Source: an uncultured Verrucomicrobiae bacterium
Lineage (GTDB): Bacteria; Chlamydiota; Chlamydiia; Chlamydiales; Rhabdochlamydiaceae
NCBI GenBank assembly: GCA_963806855.1
Contig: CAWDYW010000001.1
Span: forward strand, 672,001-736,000
Reading direction: 5' to 3'
DNA: 64,000 nucleotides
Below, piece after piece: positions 61,430 to 64,000 of the stretch (position 1 is the first letter of the stretch; the number at the start of each line of letters is the position of its first letter). A model generated the notes under the pieces. The model was given only the letters and a program-made list of their open reading frames with translations. It made no database searches and was not told where the DNA came from. Both the position numbers and the translations under genes were made by a program.

Positions 61430-62520
61430 AAGGAATTATTATAACATAAATTAACTAAAGTTTCTACATGAATAGTTTGAGGAAACATATCAAAAGGAAT
61501 GACCTCCTCAATTACAAATTTTTGGCCTAGCAATTTTAGATCGCGGGCGAGCGTCGCCGGGTCGCACGAGATGTAGATCAGCCGCTTTGGAGGTGTTTTA
61601 AGCAGCGCCTCAACCACCTGAGGTTCAACGCCTCCGCGGGGCGGATTGAGGAAAATCGTATCGAAGCTCCCCAGTTTCGGCAGCAATTTTTCCACCTTGC
61701 CGCATTTGAAAACCACATTCTCAATCCCATTGAGCCGGGCATTCTCCTTGGCGCTTTCCACCGCGCTTTCGACGACTTCGATGCCTAGTACTTCCTTCGA
61801 ATGTTTTGCAGCAAAGAGCGATAACGTGCCGACCCCACAATAGGCGTCAAGCACCTTTCCTAATGTTGCAGAACCGATTGCGTGTCTGTAGAGCTGATAA
61901 GCTTGTTTGGGATTAACCTGAAAAAAATCGCGCGGACCGATTTTGAATCGCAAACTCCCTAGCTGCTCAATGATAAAAGGGCGGTTACATACCCCATCAA
62001 TTTCCACCAGCACTTCTCCATTAGCCGTACGAATGATCGCCTCGGTTGAATTTTTCGTAAGCGGCAGGCTCTTTTCGCCGAGCTCATTGTGGATGTAACA
62101 CCGGTCAACCGGAACAATTTCATGCGAGTGGCGCTTGTGGAATCCACCCTGATGCAGGTGAATTTTGTTCCGATAACCGAGCTGATCGGGTGAGGCCGTA
62201 CACTCGGCAACTTCTACCTTCAACCCCCCAATGCGAGTTAATGCATCGTGCACCCGTTTCCGTTTCCAATTGAGTTGCTCAGGGTAGCTTAAGTGCATCA
62301 GTTGACATCCCCCGCATGTTCCAAAGAGGGGACAGATCGGATCGACACGGTGGGGCGAAGGGCGGACGATCCGCTTTAGCTTCGCCTTGGCAAACCGCTT
62401 CCGGTTTTCGGTCAGCTCGATTTCGACCTCTTCACCGGGAAGGGCCCCATCGACAAAGACCTTTTTCCCATCGACAGAGCCGACCCCTTCCCCATTGGAT
62501 GTCAAATCTTCAATGATCAT
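61426..62520 (-). CDS. rlmD: 23S rRNA m5U methyltransferase, RlmD/TrmA family
   Basis: TRAM domain, CPLFGTCGGCQ, FFQVN, DAYCGVG, PPRGG, YISCDPATLARD, DMFPQT.HVE. Confidence 0.92.
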   Translation of the reverse strand: MIIEDLTSNGEGVGSVDGKKVFVDGALPGEEVEIELTENRKRFAKAKLKRIVRPSPHRVDPICPLFGTCGGCQLMHLSYPEQLNWKRKRVHDALTRIGGLKVEVAECTASPDQLGYRNKIHLHQGGFHKRHSHEIVPVDRCYIHNELGEKSLPLTKNSTEAIIRTANGEVLVEIDGVCNRPFIIEQLGSLRFKIGPRDFFQVNPKQAYQLYRHAIGSATLGKVLDAYCGVGTLSLFAAKHSKEVLGIEVVESAVESAKENARLNGIENVVFKCGKVEKLLPKLGSFDTIFLNPPRGGVEPQVVEALLKTPPKRLIYISCDPATLARDLKLLGQKFVIEEVIPFDMFPQTIHVETLVNLCYNNSL

Positions 62521-63851
62521 GCCGCGCGCCTAGCCACCATCCGTTCAGCAACAATATAGCCCACAAACGAAAGGGCCACACTGGCGATCTCCCTTGGGAA
62601 AAACTCGAGCGGGATAAACCTGAAGAAGCAAAATCCTAATGCGCCAAACACAATCGACAAGAGAGCCGACCTGAAATTGCCCTGCCGCTTGAACAGCGCC
62701 GCCAAAATCGGCACGAAGAGGCAGCTGACCGATAGCTCATAGCTTTGAATCAGCAGATCGACCACATTGTTGAAATAGAAGGCGAAAAAGAGGGCGCCGA
62801 TCGACGTGACCGCCGTGATCCCTTGCACAATGGGGATCGTCTTTTCCCGTTTAAAGAAGTCGCTGGCCAAATTGGAACAAATCGCATTGATCAACGAACT
62901 TGCCGTCGAAATGATCGCCGCCAAAACCGCACAGCCAACAAACGCGGTGATCCATGGATTGGTCGTCTTCTCGATCACCGTCATCAAGACACTCGCCCCA
63001 GCTGGGATCACGAGGTCCATCGACTTAGCCAAAACCCCGAAGAAAATCGGAATCAGACAGATCAGCAGCGTGAAAACCCCCGCCCAAAACGAAGCGCGCG
63101 AGACAATCTGCGGCGATCCCCCTGCGAAGCATCGCTGCGCCATATCCTGCTCGATGATCATAAACATCAACGGCATCAGCAGCCAGCCACATAACTTCGA
63201 AGAGGCTCCGGCGAATTTTTCCACCAGCGGCGCTTGGAAAAACGAACCTGGATCAGAATAAAAGACAAAGCCAAAACAGAGAAAGAACACCACCGTGAAG
63301 AAGGCCGCTTGCACGATGTCTGTCGCGATCACCGCTTTTAGCCCTCCGCGGACCGTATAAAGAATCACAATCGCCCAGAAGAGGACAAACAGGGCAGTAT
63401 TGCTAAATCCTAAACTGACCAAAAACTTGTTCGAGGCGATGATCTGCGCCACCAAAATCATGAAGAGCGAAATCACCGACAGCAGCGACGCCACCTTGCG
63501 TAAGCCAGGCGACCGGTAGACCACCTCCATGATCTGCGCCACTGTTGAGACCTGAAATTGAGCAAGCTTTTTCCCCAGCCCCATCCCGAGCATAATCAGC
63601 CCCACCGCCGCTCCCAAAGGATAGAGCAAAACCGGCCAGCCGAAGCGATAAGCCTCATCGGCTGCTCCGAGGACCAGGCCGCCGCCCACCTGCGTGGCCA
63701 AAAACGTCATCATCAAAGGGAAAAAGCGGATATTTTTCCCAGCGAGGAAATAGTCCTGGTCATTGTTTAAATTTTTTGAGGCCCGCTTTCCTACTACCCA
63801 GTAGATCGCTTGAAGCCCAAAAAGAAGTGTGATAAAGATAATTAAGTTCAT
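62517..63851 (-). CDS. Sodium:solute symporter family protein
   Basis: DYFLAGK, ATQVGGG, GGLKAVIATDIVQ, QDMAQR; many TM segments. Confidence 0.92.
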   Translation of the reverse strand: MNLIIFITLLFGLQAIYWVVGKRASKNLNNDQDYFLAGKNIRFFPLMMTFLATQVGGGLVLGAADEAYRFGWPVLLYPLGAAVGLIMLGMGLGKKLAQFQVSTVAQIMEVVYRSPGLRKVASLLSVISLFMILVAQIIASNKFLVSLGFSNTALFVLFWAIVILYTVRGGLKAVIATDIVQAAFFTVVFFLCFGFVFYSDPGSFFQAPLVEKFAGASSKLCGWLLMPLMFMIIEQDMAQRCFAGGSPQIVSRASFWAGVFTLLICLIPIFFGVLAKSMDLVIPAGASVLMTVIEKTTNPWITAFVGCAVLAAIISTASSLINAICSNLASDFFKREKTIPIVQGITAVTSIGALFFAFYFNNVVDLLIQSYELSVSCLFVPILAALFKRQGNFRSALLSIVFGALGFCFFRFIPLEFFPREIASVALSFVGYIVAERMVARRAA

Positions 63852-63906
63852 CGGTTACATCCCGTGTTAAAAGTTAATTTGAAAGTAATTGATATGGAAT
63901 AAGGAA

Positions 63907-63972
63907 TTAATGGGCGGGATGCCCGTGGTGGTGATGGGAAGGAAAAATATAAAACAATTTTTTAAATTTCAT
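63907..63972 (-). CDS. Candidate His-rich leader peptide MKFKKLFYIFPSHHHHGHPAH
   Basis: GAGG RBS, ATG at 63972, TAA at 63909-63907; 6 His in the last 9 codons; ends 55 nt upstream of the symporter. Confidence 0.7.
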   Translation of the reverse strand: MKFKKLFYIFPSHHHHGHPAH

Positions 63973-64000
63973 AATCCTCTAGTGATATGATCATCACCAT

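Overview
Chromosomal window from a member of the Chlamydiota, probably an environmental lineage. This is inferred from the chlamydial gene order malQ-scc1-copN-cdsV-cdsU-ychF-ribF-truB-rbfA-infB-nusA-rpsA and rpe-efp-accB-accC. The window also holds clpB, msrA, a Fic gene, rmlA, tRNA-Asp, tRNA-Val, two glycosyltransferases, surE, putP, ttcA, an MscS gene, ridA, ackA-pgm-glgP, an ABC-F gene, rlmD and a Na+/solute symporter. Several conserved genes are frameshifted, most likely through consensus errors. Main observations: (1) the type III secretion locus has a diverged tandem duplication of the cdsV-3'/copN-5' interval, giving two different cargo cassettes with toxin-antitoxin genes and a copN'/cdsV' junction with a GTGA stop-start overlap; (2) a 21-codon His-rich leader ORF can base-pair with the ribosome-binding site of the symporter, a candidate histidine translational attenuator; (3) three ~170-bp hairpin elements share architecture and show compensatory arm changes, and two of them overlap stop or start codons of host genes; (4) there are shorter REP-like palindromes, candidate effectors (tail-anchored F-box, paired Inc-like proteins), signal-peptide-bearing transferases, a paralogous pair of secreted RGG/GGHH proteins, and a second decayed tandem duplication. 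No CRISPR array, rRNA, transposase or integrase was seen.
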